This document shows positions 22,445 to 31,596 of a DNA stretch of 64,000 bases, in pieces. Positions within the stretch are counted from its first letter, which is position 1, and every line of letters starts with the position of its first letter. A program made the position numbers and the translations under genes. The notes under the pieces were generated by a model. It was not told the DNA's origin. It worked only from the letters and a program-made list of their open reading frames with translations, and searched no databases. The stretch comes from Candidatus Latescibacterota bacterium (GTDB lineage: Bacteria; Latescibacterota; UBA2968; UBA8231). The stretch lies in NCBI GenBank assembly GCA_965203355.1, contig OZ241889.1, positions 3,744,001 through 3,808,000 of the forward strand, in the 5' to 3' direction.

Positions 22445-22675
22445 ATGCGTCCGAACATACTTTGGATTTGCACCGACCAGCGGCGCTACAAACTGGTCTG
22501 CTATCACGACCGCGCCCAAGGCGAGCTGTTCGACTTGGCGGAAGATCCCGGCGAGTTCGACAACCGCTGGGACGATCCCACTTGTGCAGACGTGCGCTTC
22601 GCGCTGCTGGAACAGAGCTTCGACGCACTGGCCCAAGCCGTGGATATTGGCCCCAAGCAGATCGTGCCGTTTTAG
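22445..22675 (+). pseudogene. Internally deleted sulfatase gene
   Basis: Sulfatase N-terminus MRPNILWICTDQ is joined directly to the C-terminus RYKLVCYH...GELFDLAEDPGEFDNRW. Confidence 0.8.
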
Positions 22676-22686
22676 CGGGATGCCCG

Positions 22687-23580
22687 ATGGCCGTTGCCGA
22701 CCAGAAAAAGGCTTATCTCTGCGGATTGGCCGCGGTGTTGCTGTGGTCGACCGCGGCGTCGGCGTTCAAGATCGCCCTGCGCTATATGGACTACGGCGAG
22801 CTGCTGTTCTGGGCGAGCGGCACTTCGCTCGGAGCCTTGGGCGTACTGGTCGTCGCACAGGGAAAAGTAGGGCAGGTCCTCAGGAGCCGACCGGCTGACT
22901 ACGCCCGCTCGCTGATGCTGGGCGCGTTGAACCCCCTGCTCTACTATCTGATCCTATTCAAAGCCTACCAGTTGCTGCCCGCCCAAGAGGCGCAGGCACT
23001 CAATTATACTTGGGCGCTCACCCTGACTTGGCTCTCGATCCCGCTCTTGGGACAGCGAATCGGCCCGCGCGATCTGACGGCCGGCCTGATCTGTTACGCT
23101 GGCGTACTAGCTATCGCCACGCGCGGCGCAATCTGGACCTTGCGCTTTTCCGATCCGCTCGGGGTGGCCTTGGCACTGGGCAGCACCGTAGTGTGGGCCT
23201 TCTACTGGATCTACAACACCCGCGACCAGCGCGACCCCGTGGTGCGGCTCTTCCTCAATTTCGCTCTGTCGCTGCCGCTGGTGTTGGGCTGTGTCCTGCT
23301 GATGGGACCGTGGCAGGTACCGGCTTGGCCGGGTTTGTTGGGGGCGGCGTACATCGGCCTCTTCGAGATGGGGATTGCCTTCGTCCTCTGGCAGTGGGCC
23401 TTGCGCTACGCGGAAAATACCGCCAAAATCGGCAACCTGATCTTCATTTCCCCGTTTTGTTCCTTGGTGCTGATTCACTTCGCGTTAGGAGAGGCCATTC
23501 GCTGGGCAACTCTAGCGGGACTGGTGCTCATCGTCGCCGGTCTGCTCTACCAGCAAAGGGGGACGAGGGCTCGCACCTGA
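22687..23580 (+). CDS. DMT/EamA family transporter
   Basis: ~10 hydrophobic segments in two EamA repeats (LLWST...AFK, LNP..YY..LF.AY). Confidence 0.88.
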   Translation: MAVADQKKAYLCGLAAVLLWSTAASAFKIALRYMDYGELLFWASGTSLGALGVLVVAQGKVGQVLRSRPADYARSLMLGALNPLLYYLILFKAYQLLPAQEAQALNYTWALTLTWLSIPLLGQRIGPRDLTAGLICYAGVLAIATRGAIWTLRFSDPLGVALALGSTVVWAFYWIYNTRDQRDPVVRLFLNFALSLPLVLGCVLLMGPWQVPAWPGLLGAAYIGLFEMGIAFVLWQWALRYAENTAKIGNLIFISPFCSLVLIHFALGEAIRWATLAGLVLIVAGLLYQQRGTRART

Positions 23581-23649
23581 TAGCACCGGCACAATACATT
23601 GATTGGTTCTAATTTGTCATTCTATCGCCTATTCGACATCTTTCATCTT

Positions 23650-23880
23650 ATGAGATATAGCCGCATTACAGTAAATCCAGTTCAAATGGGAGGCACTCCC
23701 TGCATTAGAGGAATGCGTATCCCGGTGGCAACCATTGTGGGGATGGTCGCCGAAGACATGAGCCAGCAGGAGATCCTCCAAGCCTATCCCGACCTTGAAC
23801 CGGAAGATATTCGCGAAGCACTGCACTATGCGGCGGAAGTACTACGCGAGAAGGTACTGCCTTTGACAGGCACAGGATGA
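23650..23880 (+). CDS. DUF433 antitoxin-like protein
   Basis: [20 protein letters not shown]...[18 protein letters not shown]. Confidence 0.9.
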   Translation: MRYSRITVNPVQMGGTPCIRGMRIPVATIVGMVAEDMSQQEILQAYPDLEPEDIREALHYAAEVLREKVLPLTGTG

Positions 23881-24257
23881 AATTCCTAGTAGATAACGCC
23901 CTGTCCTTTAGACTGGCAGAGGGGCTGCGGCGGGCCGGCTATCAGGCCGAACATGTGCGCGACCGGGGCCTAAAGGACGCCGCCGATACCGCTATCTTCG
24001 ATTGTGCGGTGCAGGAGGGGCAAGTCGTGATCTCGGCTGATACGGACTTTGGTACTCTGTTAGCTATGCACCGTACAGCCCAACCTTCTGTCATCTTATT
24101 TCGCCGAAATACGACCCGCCGACCAGAACAGCAGCTTCTGCTTCTACTCAACAATATCGATCGCTTTAAGGAAGCACTTGTACAGGGCAGTATTGTAATT
24201 CTGGAGGAAGACCGAATACGCGTTCGGTCTTTGCCTATCGCTCGGGACGAAAAATAA
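23877..24257 (+). CDS. DUF5615 PIN-like toxin (VapC45-type)
   Basis: [20 protein letters not shown]; ATGA overlap with DUF433. Confidence 0.9.
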   Translation: MKFLVDNALSFRLAEGLRRAGYQAEHVRDRGLKDAADTAIFDCAVQEGQVVISADTDFGTLLAMHRTAQPSVILFRRNTTRRPEQQLLLLLNNIDRFKEALVQGSIVILEEDRIRVRSLPIARDEK

Positions 24258-24285
24258 AACCCTCACTCCACCGACCCACACTCCC

Positions 24286-25419
24286 CTACCAATTCGCATA
24301 GGACCCATCATCGCGCCGATAGCCGGTGGGCGGTCCGTAATCTTGCGTTGACGCGGTATCGAGTGCGGCCTCGTTGAATTCAATGCCAAGCCCCGGGCCT
24401 TCGGGCGGCAAGAGATAACCCGATTCAAACGGCACCTGCACCGGAAACGCATCGGTGAGTGAAGACATCGGCGCGCGTGGCAGTTCTTGGACGCCGACCA
24501 GTGAAGACGCTAAACACAGATGCAGACAGGCGGCCGTGGAGACCGGACCGAGCGGGTTGTGCGGGGCCAGCTGGATGTAATGCGTTTCGCACCACCCGGC
24601 AATTTTGCGCGCCTCGGTCAACCCACCGGCAATGCACAAGTCAACGCGGCAGTAATCCATCAGATCCTCTTCAATGACTTCTCTGAACGTCCACTTGCTG
24701 TCAAATTGTTCGCCGACGGCAAGCGGGACCGAGGTCTGTTGGCGCAGCCGCCGGAGACTGGCGGGGTTTTCACTGCGCAGTGGATCTTCGATGAAAAACG
24801 GATGGTACGGAGCAACCCGGTTGCAAAAATCGAGGCTATCGGCCGGGTCGAGCCGGGTATGCACGTCAACTAATATGGCGACCTGATCGCCCAAGGCATT
24901 GCGCACGGCCTCCACCTGCTCAACGCCGTGCTGAATAGCGCGTCTGGGTTCAAACGTTCCCTTGTCTGTACCATCAGCCAAGCCCCAGCGGACGAACTTC
25001 CAGCCGGCCTCATAGGTTTGGCGACAACTCTCAACGAGCGCATCCATAGTGCCACCACCGTTGTGTGGATAGCAGACGACCTTGTCTCGGGTGCGTCCCC
25101 CCAAAAGTTCGTACACCGGCACATTGAGCGCTTTCCCTTTGATGTCCCAAAGTGCGATATCTACGGCACTCACCGCAGCGGATTGGACGACCCCGCCGGG
25201 AAAAAAACCGCCGCGAAACATCACTTGCCACAGGTGCTCAATTTGGAACGGATCGGCCCCGATGAGGAACGGTTCAAAAGAGCGGATGACTTCGGCTAAG
25301 GCGAGCGCACGCCGTCTCAAGCCCCCTTCACCGAGGCCATAAATGCCCGCATCGGTTTCTACTTTTACAAAAAAATAGCCGCTCGACCCAACAAAGGATT
25401 TGATCCGGGTGATTTTCAT
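24286..25419 (-). CDS. Mandelate racemase/enolase superfamily sugar-acid dehydratase (DgoD/RspA-like)
   Basis: SAVDIALWDIKGK, DVH, FIEDP, AVGE, APHNPLGP. Confidence 0.88.
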   Translation of the reverse strand: MKITRIKSFVGSSGYFFVKVETDAGIYGLGEGGLRRRALALAEVIRSFEPFLIGADPFQIEHLWQVMFRGGFFPGGVVQSAAVSAVDIALWDIKGKALNVPVYELLGGRTRDKVVCYPHNGGGTMDALVESCRQTYEAGWKFVRWGLADGTDKGTFEPRRAIQHGVEQVEAVRNALGDQVAILVDVHTRLDPADSLDFCNRVAPYHPFFIEDPLRSENPASLRRLRQQTSVPLAVGEQFDSKWTFREVIEEDLMDYCRVDLCIAGGLTEARKIAGWCETHYIQLAPHNPLGPVSTAACLHLCLASSLVGVQELPRAPMSSLTDAFPVQVPFESGYLLPPEGPGLGIEFNEAALDTASTQDYGPPTGYRRDDGSYANW

Positions 25420-25704
25420 ACATGCCTCCATTTATCTTGCGTCCGTTCACGTCACCGGCCCGCACCTCGGGACGAATCTAACCAAACAGCGTCCCCGCAA
25501 CAGGGCGCGTTTTGCCCGCTGTCCGCCGCTTGGTATGTTATCACTCACGCGATCATTATAGATATAGACGCGGAGGAGAGCATTTTGATCATTCGCCATG
25601 GGCGCAACAAGGCGCCCGTCGTCCCGCATGAACCGCTCGAGCATCCGCTTTCCAACGCTGGAGGCGCTTGGGGCGAGCACTCGATCATCAGCGCTGGCTA
25701 GGCC

Positions 25705-26640
25705 TTGCCGACAATTCCCCTGATCATGGACGTCGATACGGGCGTTGACGATGCCCTCGCCTTGCTTTTGGCCTTGGCCTCGCCCGAGGTCGAATTGGTG
25801 GGCGTCTCTACCGTAGCCGGCAATGTGTCGTTGTCGCGGACGACCGACAACACACTGCGCCTGTTGCAATGGGCGGGGCGCGCCGACGTGCCGGTGTACG
25901 CCGGTGCAGAGCGGCCTTTGGTCCGAGACGCGGTCGCGGCCGCCCATGTACACGGCACCACCGGGCTGGGCGCGGCCCAGTTGCCGGCGGCGCGCACCCG
26001 GCCAGCCGGCCCTGGGGTGGAGTTTCTGCTGAACACTTTGCAGACGCGGCCCGGCGAGCTGCTCCTCGTCGCTACCGGACCGTTGACCAACTTGGCGCGG
26101 GCCGAGGCCGAGGTGCCGGGCGTCCTGCGACAGGCGCGGCAAGTGGTGATCATGGGCGGGGCCGGGCAAGGGCCGGGCAATATCGCGCCAACGGCTGAGT
26201 TCAATTTCTACGCCGACCCGCATGCCGCGCGCCAAGTCCTCGCAGCCGCCGCCGAACCGGTGTTGGTGGGACTAGACGCAACCGAGCAAGTCTGGCTAAC
26301 ACCGGCCGCCTTGCAAGCCTACACCGGGGCGCACGCGGCGTTTTGCCAAGCAGCGTGTGAGCCAGTAATCGCCTTTGAGGCCGCGCACGGCGGCGCGGCT
26401 GGAATGCACCTGCACGATCCAGTGGCCTTGGGCGCGGCCCTGTGGCCGCAACTCTTTCGCACACAGCGATTGTGGGTGGACGTGGAAACTTCCGGCGAGC
26501 TAACCGCCGGTCAGTTGGTAGTTGACCAGCGCACCTTGGCAAGCGACCAAGACCGGCAAGGGCGGCCCGTAACTTGTGCCGTAGAAGTGGATCAGGCGCG
26601 ATTCCTAGCGCGATTCACCGAGCGGGTGTTGGCTTCTTAG
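25705..26640 (+). CDS. Inosine/uridine-preferring nucleoside hydrolase
   Basis: DVDTGVDDA, TGPLTN, AEFNFYADP, LHDP. Confidence 0.9.
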   Translation: MPTIPLIMDVDTGVDDALALLLALASPEVELVGVSTVAGNVSLSRTTDNTLRLLQWAGRADVPVYAGAERPLVRDAVAAAHVHGTTGLGAAQLPAARTRPAGPGVEFLLNTLQTRPGELLLVATGPLTNLARAEAEVPGVLRQARQVVIMGGAGQGPGNIAPTAEFNFYADPHAARQVLAAAAEPVLVGLDATEQVWLTPAALQAYTGAHAAFCQAACEPVIAFEAAHGGAAGMHLHDPVALGAALWPQLFRTQRLWVDVETSGELTAGQLVVDQRTLASDQDRQGRPVTCAVEVDQARFLARFTERVLAS

Positions 26641-27788
26641 ACTCCGTCTTGGCGGCCCCAAAAAAGCGGCAGCGGACACCACTGTTCGAGCGGGGCCGCG
26701 GCCGCTGGCAGGGGCCACACGAGCGAGGGCCGCAGCGGGCCGCAGAGCAGGCGCATGGCCGTGAGCGCGTCCAGTTGCAGCGCGGGCGCGGCCTCCGTGC
26801 GAACGCACTGCGCGTCGTTGCCGCCCCCCTCCATCGCAACCCGCCCGTATCCCGCAATCTCCACGACGACGGCACCCTCCGTCAGCGGCACCAGCGCGGC
26901 GCGCGTCTTGAGCAAAGCGTCGAGCGTCGTCGCCCAATCGAAGATCTGCCAGTTGCCCGAACCCGATGCGCTCACGCCTTCGCAGAGCCGAGCCAGCTTG
27001 GGCAAAAGCCGGCTCCAAGGCGGCAACTCAAAACTGGTATTCCCGTAGCGCTGCACCCAAGCAGCGGCCATGTCCAGCTCGGGCGCGCCCTCATTGACCG
27101 CTAACAATTCGGTCGCGCACGTCCGGTCGGCTTGGGCGACGAGGTAGCCAATCATGCGGCCATCGCGCGCCCGCGCCACGTAGGGCCGGTGGCCCCAACT
27201 CAGGAGCAGGTCGTAGAAGCGGTGTGGAGCGCGCACCCCGCGAAATGGCTGGGCGTCGTGCAAGCCAATCGCGCCTTGCAGGTGAGCGCGATCTTCGCGC
27301 ACGAGCGGGCGAAAGTCGATCCCGAAATCGGCGCCCCCCAAGGCGTGGCGCACATTGGTTTGGCTCAGCGCGAGCCGGTAGGACACGCCGCACTTCTCGT
27401 AGCCAAAATAGCCGTAGCGCTGGCGCTGCCCCCCCAGCCAAGACAGGTGAAAACCTTCAGTAGAAGCGACTTGGACGCAATGGGCCATGAGTTGCTGCAT
27501 GTAGCCGCGGCCGCGGGCCTGCGGATGGCAGGACACGCCGCCAATGCCAGCCACGCGCAGCGTCGCACCGCCCCAGCGGCAAGCGAGGGGGAACAACCCG
27601 ACGATGGCGCGGATGCGACCGCTTTCGCGCAGGGCAAAGTTCCAACTCATCTCCTCTTCCCCGCGCCGGTACAAGACCGGCAAAATGGCCGCAAAATCGC
27701 GCGGCGGTGCTTTGCCAAAGGCGAGGTTGAGGACGTCGAGGGCCTCTTCAAAATCCGCGGCGCGTAGCCGACTGATGGCAGGCGACAC
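26637..27788 (-). CDS. GNAT (Eis-like) acetyltransferase
   Basis: GIGGVSCHPQARGRG acetyl-CoA motif, RYGYFGYE; probable GTG start at 27788. Confidence 0.8.
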   Translation of the reverse strand: MSPAISRLRAADFEEALDVLNLAFGKAPPRDFAAILPVLYRRGEEEMSWNFALRESGRIRAIVGLFPLACRWGGATLRVAGIGGVSCHPQARGRGYMQQLMAHCVQVASTEGFHLSWLGGQRQRYGYFGYEKCGVSYRLALSQTNVRHALGGADFGIDFRPLVREDRAHLQGAIGLHDAQPFRGVRAPHRFYDLLLSWGHRPYVARARDGRMIGYLVAQADRTCATELLAVNEGAPELDMAAAWVQRYGNTSFELPPWSRLLPKLARLCEGVSASGSGNWQIFDWATTLDALLKTRAALVPLTEGAVVVEIAGYGRVAMEGGGNDAQCVRTEAAPALQLDALTAMRLLCGPLRPSLVWPLPAAAAPLEQWCPLPLFWGRQDGV

Positions 27789-27793
27789 GACGC

Positions 27794-28336
27794 TTAGGCC
27801 ATCGGCTGGAGGCGCGCGGCAAACTGCCGGCGCAACGCCTGCATCTTGGGATCGATAACGAGCGCACAGTAGGGCTGGTTGGGATTGAGCCGATAGAAGT
27901 TCTGGTGGTACTCCTCGGCCGGCCAAAAGGCGCTGGCGGCCGCGATTTCGGTGACAATCGGATCGGCCCACAGGTCGCTCGCGTCCGCGACCGCTTTGGC
28001 GGCGACAGCGGCCGCTTGCTGCTCGGGGCTGTGGTAGAAAATCACCGAGCGGTACTGGGTGCCGCAGTCCGCGCCCTGGCGGTTGAGCGTGGTGGGATCG
28101 TGCGTACGCCAAAAGATGTAGAGCACATCGTCAAAGCTAATGACCGCCGGGTCGAATTGCAGTTGGACGACCTCGGCGTGCCCAGTCTGGCCGCTGCAAA
28201 CGGCCTCGTACGTGGGATGCTCCAACGCGCCCCCCATATAGCCGGAGACCGCGCTGGCAACGCCCCGCAGGTTTTGGTACACGGCTTCGACGCACCAGAA
28301 GCAACCCGCGCCCAAAGTGGCCGTTTCCAAGCTCAT
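27794..28336 (-). CDS. msrA: Peptide-methionine (S)-S-oxide reductase
   Basis: GCFWC, GY.GG, GHAE, HDPT..NRQG.D.GTQYRS, AEEYHQ. Confidence 0.95.
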   Translation of the reverse strand: MSLETATLGAGCFWCVEAVYQNLRGVASAVSGYMGGALEHPTYEAVCSGQTGHAEVVQLQFDPAVISFDDVLYIFWRTHDPTTLNRQGADCGTQYRSVIFYHSPEQQAAAVAAKAVADASDLWADPIVTEIAAASAFWPAEEYHQNFYRLNPNQPYCALVIDPKMQALRRQFAARLQPMA

Positions 28337-28533
28337 TTTGCGTCCTCCAGCCACTCCTTGTATTGGGGCCACGTGCCGCCCTGCGGGAGCGCTTCGAGGG
28401 CGTGGTGGACCCGTTTGTGGGCCCGGTGATCGTCCTCTAGAAGGCGCGCGAGGCCGCGACCGTGGGCCCGGTGAACAAACCAGAAAACCAGCGCGAAGAA
28501 AATCAGGTACAGCCCTTTGCCAAAGTATTCCAT
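28333..28533 (-). CDS. Small membrane-anchored hypothetical protein (66 aa)
   Basis: GGAGG RBS, N-terminal hydrophobic helix, stop overlaps msrA start (ATGA). Confidence 0.6.
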   Translation of the reverse strand: MEYFGKGLYLIFFALVFWFVHRAHGRGLARLLEDDHRAHKRVHHALEALPQGGTWPQYKEWLEDAK

Positions 28534-28649
28534 AGCATCCTCCAAACGGAATGTAAAGTAAGGTAGGCACCGCAGCGCCCCCCGGCAACGCGCCCTGCTT
28601 GACCGATGCAGACAGGCGCTTACATTGAACCCCAACAAGGAGGTAACGC

Positions 28650-29582
28650 ATGTTGTACAGAGCATTTGGCCGGACGGGTTGGCCGATCTCGGCCATCGGT
28701 TTGGGCACTTGGAACATCGGCAACCAATGGGGGCCTATCGACGAAACCACCGCTTGGGATACCGTGCGCACGGCCTTTGACTGCGGCGTCAACCTCTTCG
28801 ACGCGGCCGAATCCTACGGCACGCCCAACGGGCTGTCGGAAGAGCGGTTGGGACGCGCCTTGGCCGGCATCCGACACCAAGTTTTTGTCGTCAGCAAAAT
28901 CGGCAACTGGGGAGCACGCACCGGGCAGGGTGTGCCCAAAACCACGGTCGATATGATCCGCCTGTGCGCCCACGCCTCCCTGCACCGGCTGCGCACGGAC
29001 TGGCACGACGTGCTGCTGTGCCACGAAGGCAACATCGCCGATCCGTCGATTTATCTAGATGCCTTTGCCGCGCTGGTCGAGGAAGGGCGGCTGCGGGCCT
29101 TTGGCATTTCGACCGATAGCCTAGCGGTGCTCCAGCGTTTTAACGCCCGCGGCGACTGCTCGGTGGTGGAGATAGACTATTCGCTGGTCAACCGCCAAGC
29201 CGAAGCCGAACTTTTGCCTTATTGCCAAGCGCACGGCATAGCCGTACTGGTGCGGGGGCCGCTGGCCAAAGGGCTTTTGTCGGGCCGCTACGCGAAAGAG
29301 TCGGTTTTTACCGACGAGGTGCGGCAGCCCTTCAACGCTGGCGGAGATCGTCGCGCCCAGTTTGAAGCCCAGCTAGCCCAAGTTGAGCGTCTCGCCGAGA
29401 TCGTCGCGCCCGGCGAGGCCATGGTGGAAAAAGCACTCCAGTACGTCATCTCCCATCCAGCCGCGCCAGTGGCCATTCCCGGGGCCAAATCCGCCGCCCA
29501 AGCCCGCGCCAACGCCGCCGCTGGCGCACAGCTTTTGCCCGACCGCGAAATAGAGCGGTTGCGCAAAAGAAGCATCCCATGA
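28650..29582 (+). CDS. Aldo/keto reductase
   Basis: IGLGTW, FDAAESYG..SEE.LG, SL.RL.TD, IPGAKS; AGGAGG RBS. Confidence 0.92.
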   Translation: MLYRAFGRTGWPISAIGLGTWNIGNQWGPIDETTAWDTVRTAFDCGVNLFDAAESYGTPNGLSEERLGRALAGIRHQVFVVSKIGNWGARTGQGVPKTTVDMIRLCAHASLHRLRTDWHDVLLCHEGNIADPSIYLDAFAALVEEGRLRAFGISTDSLAVLQRFNARGDCSVVEIDYSLVNRQAEAELLPYCQAHGIAVLVRGPLAKGLLSGRYAKESVFTDEVRQPFNAGGDRRAQFEAQLAQVERLAEIVAPGEAMVEKALQYVISHPAAPVAIPGAKSAAQARANAAAGAQLLPDREIERLRKRSIP

Positions 29583-29725
29583 TCGCTTCGACCGCGCGGG
29601 GCGTTTCGTCGCCTCGTGGGGCGAAGCGGTGCTGAAAGACGCCCACGACATCTTTATCGACGAGCGCGACCAAATCTGGTGCGTCGAGCGCGAAACCCAC
29701 TGCGTCCACAAGTTCACCGGCGACA
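29581..29725 (+). pseudogene. Fragment of an NHL-repeat (PAL-like) protein gene
   Basis: Reads DRFDRAGRFVASWGEAVLKDAHDIFIDERDQIWCVERETHCVHKFTGD; no start or continuation. Confidence 0.65.
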
Positions 29726-29870
29726 GCGGACGCCAGCCGGACACCAAGCAGACGAAGGCCGACAGCACGAGGAGCGCAGCCACGAGCGGATAGCTGGACG
29801 GACGCACCGACGAGTAGTTGGACGGCAGCAGCAGCGCAACAGCGAAGCTATAACGCCAGAGGAAACCGCC

Positions 29871-30362
29871 ATGAGCAGAAGCATACTGATCGCAACTTTG
29901 ATCCTCGGAAGCCTGAGCTATGAAGCCCAAGCCAACAACGGCATAACGCCGTTACACGGCGCAGCAGCAACCGACGACGCCAAGATCGCAAAAACTTTGC
30001 TTGCACTTGGAGCAGACCCAAACGCCCAAGACAAGTACGGCAAGACGCCGTTACACTGGGCAGCATATAGGGACGCCATCGAAACCGCAGCGGTCTTGCT
30101 TGAGCATGGAGCAGACCCAAACGCCCAAGACAACGAAGGCAAAACGCCGTTACACCGGGTAGCAGAAGCAGATGCCATCGAAACCGCAGCGGTCTTGCTT
30201 GCACTTGGAGCAGACCCAAACGCCCAAGACAACGAAGGCAAAACGCCATTACACCGGGCAGCATATAGGGACGCCATCGAAACCGCAGCGGTCTTGCTTG
30301 AGCATGGAGCAGACCCAAACGCCCAAGACAACGAAGGCAAAACGCCGGCGGACTACCGATAA
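29871..30362 (+). CDS. Secreted ankyrin-repeat protein (4 repeats)
   Basis: Signal peptide (AQA site), repeated TPLH...LL..GADPNAQD encoded by near-identical 99-bp units. Confidence 0.92.
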   Translation: MSRSILIATLILGSLSYEAQANNGITPLHGAAATDDAKIAKTLLALGADPNAQDKYGKTPLHWAAYRDAIETAAVLLEHGADPNAQDNEGKTPLHRVAEADAIETAAVLLALGADPNAQDNEGKTPLHRAAYRDAIETAAVLLEHGADPNAQDNEGKTPADYR

Positions 30363-30478
30363 TCGTAATTACAGTTCGTATCACGCGAGGCGTGAAGCGT
30401 GTCTTGACAATGTAGTCGCCCGCCGCGACACTCTCTTTAGACTGGCACTTTCGCCGCCGCAAACAAGGAAGTTTTTCA

Positions 30479-30767
30479 ATGGAAGCGAGAGCGGAACGCG
30501 ACGCGCTGGGCTGCCGCAAAGCCCGCCGGCAAGCGCATTATGCCCGCCCGGTGGCCGTCAAGCTGAACCCCGAAGCCCGCGCCCGCGTGGAAGCGTTGAT
30601 ATATCTGATTTTATCGAGCTACATGGTCAACCGAAGCCCGCGCCCGCGTGGAAGCGTTGGCCGACTGCTACGGGCTTTCGCTGGCCGAGGTGCTGCGCCG
30701 CTGTGTCGCTTCGGGCTTTCCCCGCTTCAAGGACGCCCGCCGCAAGACAAAGGAGAATACCTTATGA
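30479..30767 (+). pseudogene. Ribbon-helix-helix (CopG-like) DNA-binding protein gene frameshifted by a 61-bp insertion
   Basis: Removing 30599-30659 restores a 75-aa ORF ...RPVAVKLNPEARARVEALADCYGLSLAEVLRRCVASG... whose stop overlaps the next ATG. Confidence 0.75.
30570..30659 (+). CRISPR. Putative ectopic single-spacer (neo-)CRISPR: 29-bp repeat, 32-bp spacer, 29-bp repeat
   Basis: CCGAAGCCCGCGCCCGCGTGGAAGCGTTG at 30570-30598 and 30631-30659 flanks ATATATCTGATTTTATCGAGCTACATGGTCAA; 17/29 ungapped identity to the array repeat. Confidence 0.7.
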
Positions 30768-31021
30768 ACGAACCTATAACGCAAGCCCAAGACCATGACC
30801 GACGTATTGGACGGCTGGAAGGCATCGCCGAGCAACTCACCGAACAAAACCGCCAGACCAACGCCCGACTGGACCGCATTGAGCAAGCCATCGCCGAGCA
30901 AGGCCGCCGCCTTGACGCGACCAACGCCCGCCTTGACTCGCTAACCCGCTGGCTGGTCGGCATGCAAATCGCCACCCTGCTAGCCCTCGGCACCCTCATT
31001 TTGGCGCGCTTGCCGGGCTAA
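30764..31021 (+). CDS. Small coiled-coil protein with C-terminal TM helix, copy 1 (DUF1640/XhlA-like architecture)
   Basis: AAGGAG RBS; RIGRLEG..EQ heptads and hydrophobic tail RWLVGMQIATLLALGTLIL. Confidence 0.8.
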   Translation: MNEPITQAQDHDRRIGRLEGIAEQLTEQNRQTNARLDRIEQAIAEQGRRLDATNARLDSLTRWLVGMQIATLLALGTLILARLPG

Positions 31022-31055
31022 AGGCCGGGCGGCGCAAGGCAAAGAAGAACACCTT

Positions 31056-31304
31056 ATGAGCGAACCGATTACGCAAGCCCAAGACCACGACCGCCGTATT
31101 GGACGGCTGGAAGGCATCGCCGAGCAACTCACCGAACAAAACCGCCAGACCAACGCCCGACTGGACCGCATTGAGCAAGCCATCGCCCTCCACATGGACG
31201 CGCTGCGGCAAGAACACCGCCGTGACTTTCGCTGGATAGTGGGCATTCAGCTAACGACCTTGCTAGCCCTCGGCACCTTGATTTTGTCGCGCTTGCCGGG
31301 CTAA
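31056..31304 (+). CDS. Small coiled-coil/TM protein, copy 2 (divergent centre)
   Basis: Tandem paralogue; central segment replaced by LHMDALRQEHRRDFRWIVGIQ. Confidence 0.8.
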   Translation: MSEPITQAQDHDRRIGRLEGIAEQLTEQNRQTNARLDRIEQAIALHMDALRQEHRRDFRWIVGIQLTTLLALGTLILSRLPG

Positions 31305-31338
31305 AGGCCGGGCGGCGCAAGACAAAGGAGCACACCGT

Positions 31339-31596
31339 ATGAACGAACCGATCACGCAAGCCCAAGACCATGACCGACGTATTGGACGGCTGGAAGGCAT
31401 CGCCGAGCAGCAAACCGAACAAAACCGCCAGACCAACGCCCGACTGGACCGCATTGAGCAAGCCATCGCCGAGCAAGGCCGCCGCATTGACGCAACCAAC
31501 GCTCGCCTTGATGCGCTCACCCGCTGGCTGGTCGGCATGCAAATCGCCACCCTGCTAGCCCTCGGCACCCTGATTTTGTCGCGCTTGCCGGGCTAA
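31339..31596 (+). CDS. Small coiled-coil/TM protein, copy 3
   Basis: Near-identical to copy 1; AAGGAG RBS. Confidence 0.8.
   Translation: MNEPITQAQDHDRRIGRLEGIAEQQTEQNRQTNARLDRIEQAIAEQGRRIDATNARLDALTRWLVGMQIATLLALGTLILSRLPG

Noticed and set aside
29940-30350. Regular ~99-bp repeats as a second CRISPR array
   Set aside because: In-frame ankyrin repeats with no unique spacers.
30479-31021. 180-aa ORF as an ancestral single gene
   Set aside because: Better explained as a frameshifted RHH gene running into a gene that has its own RBS and two standalone paralogues.
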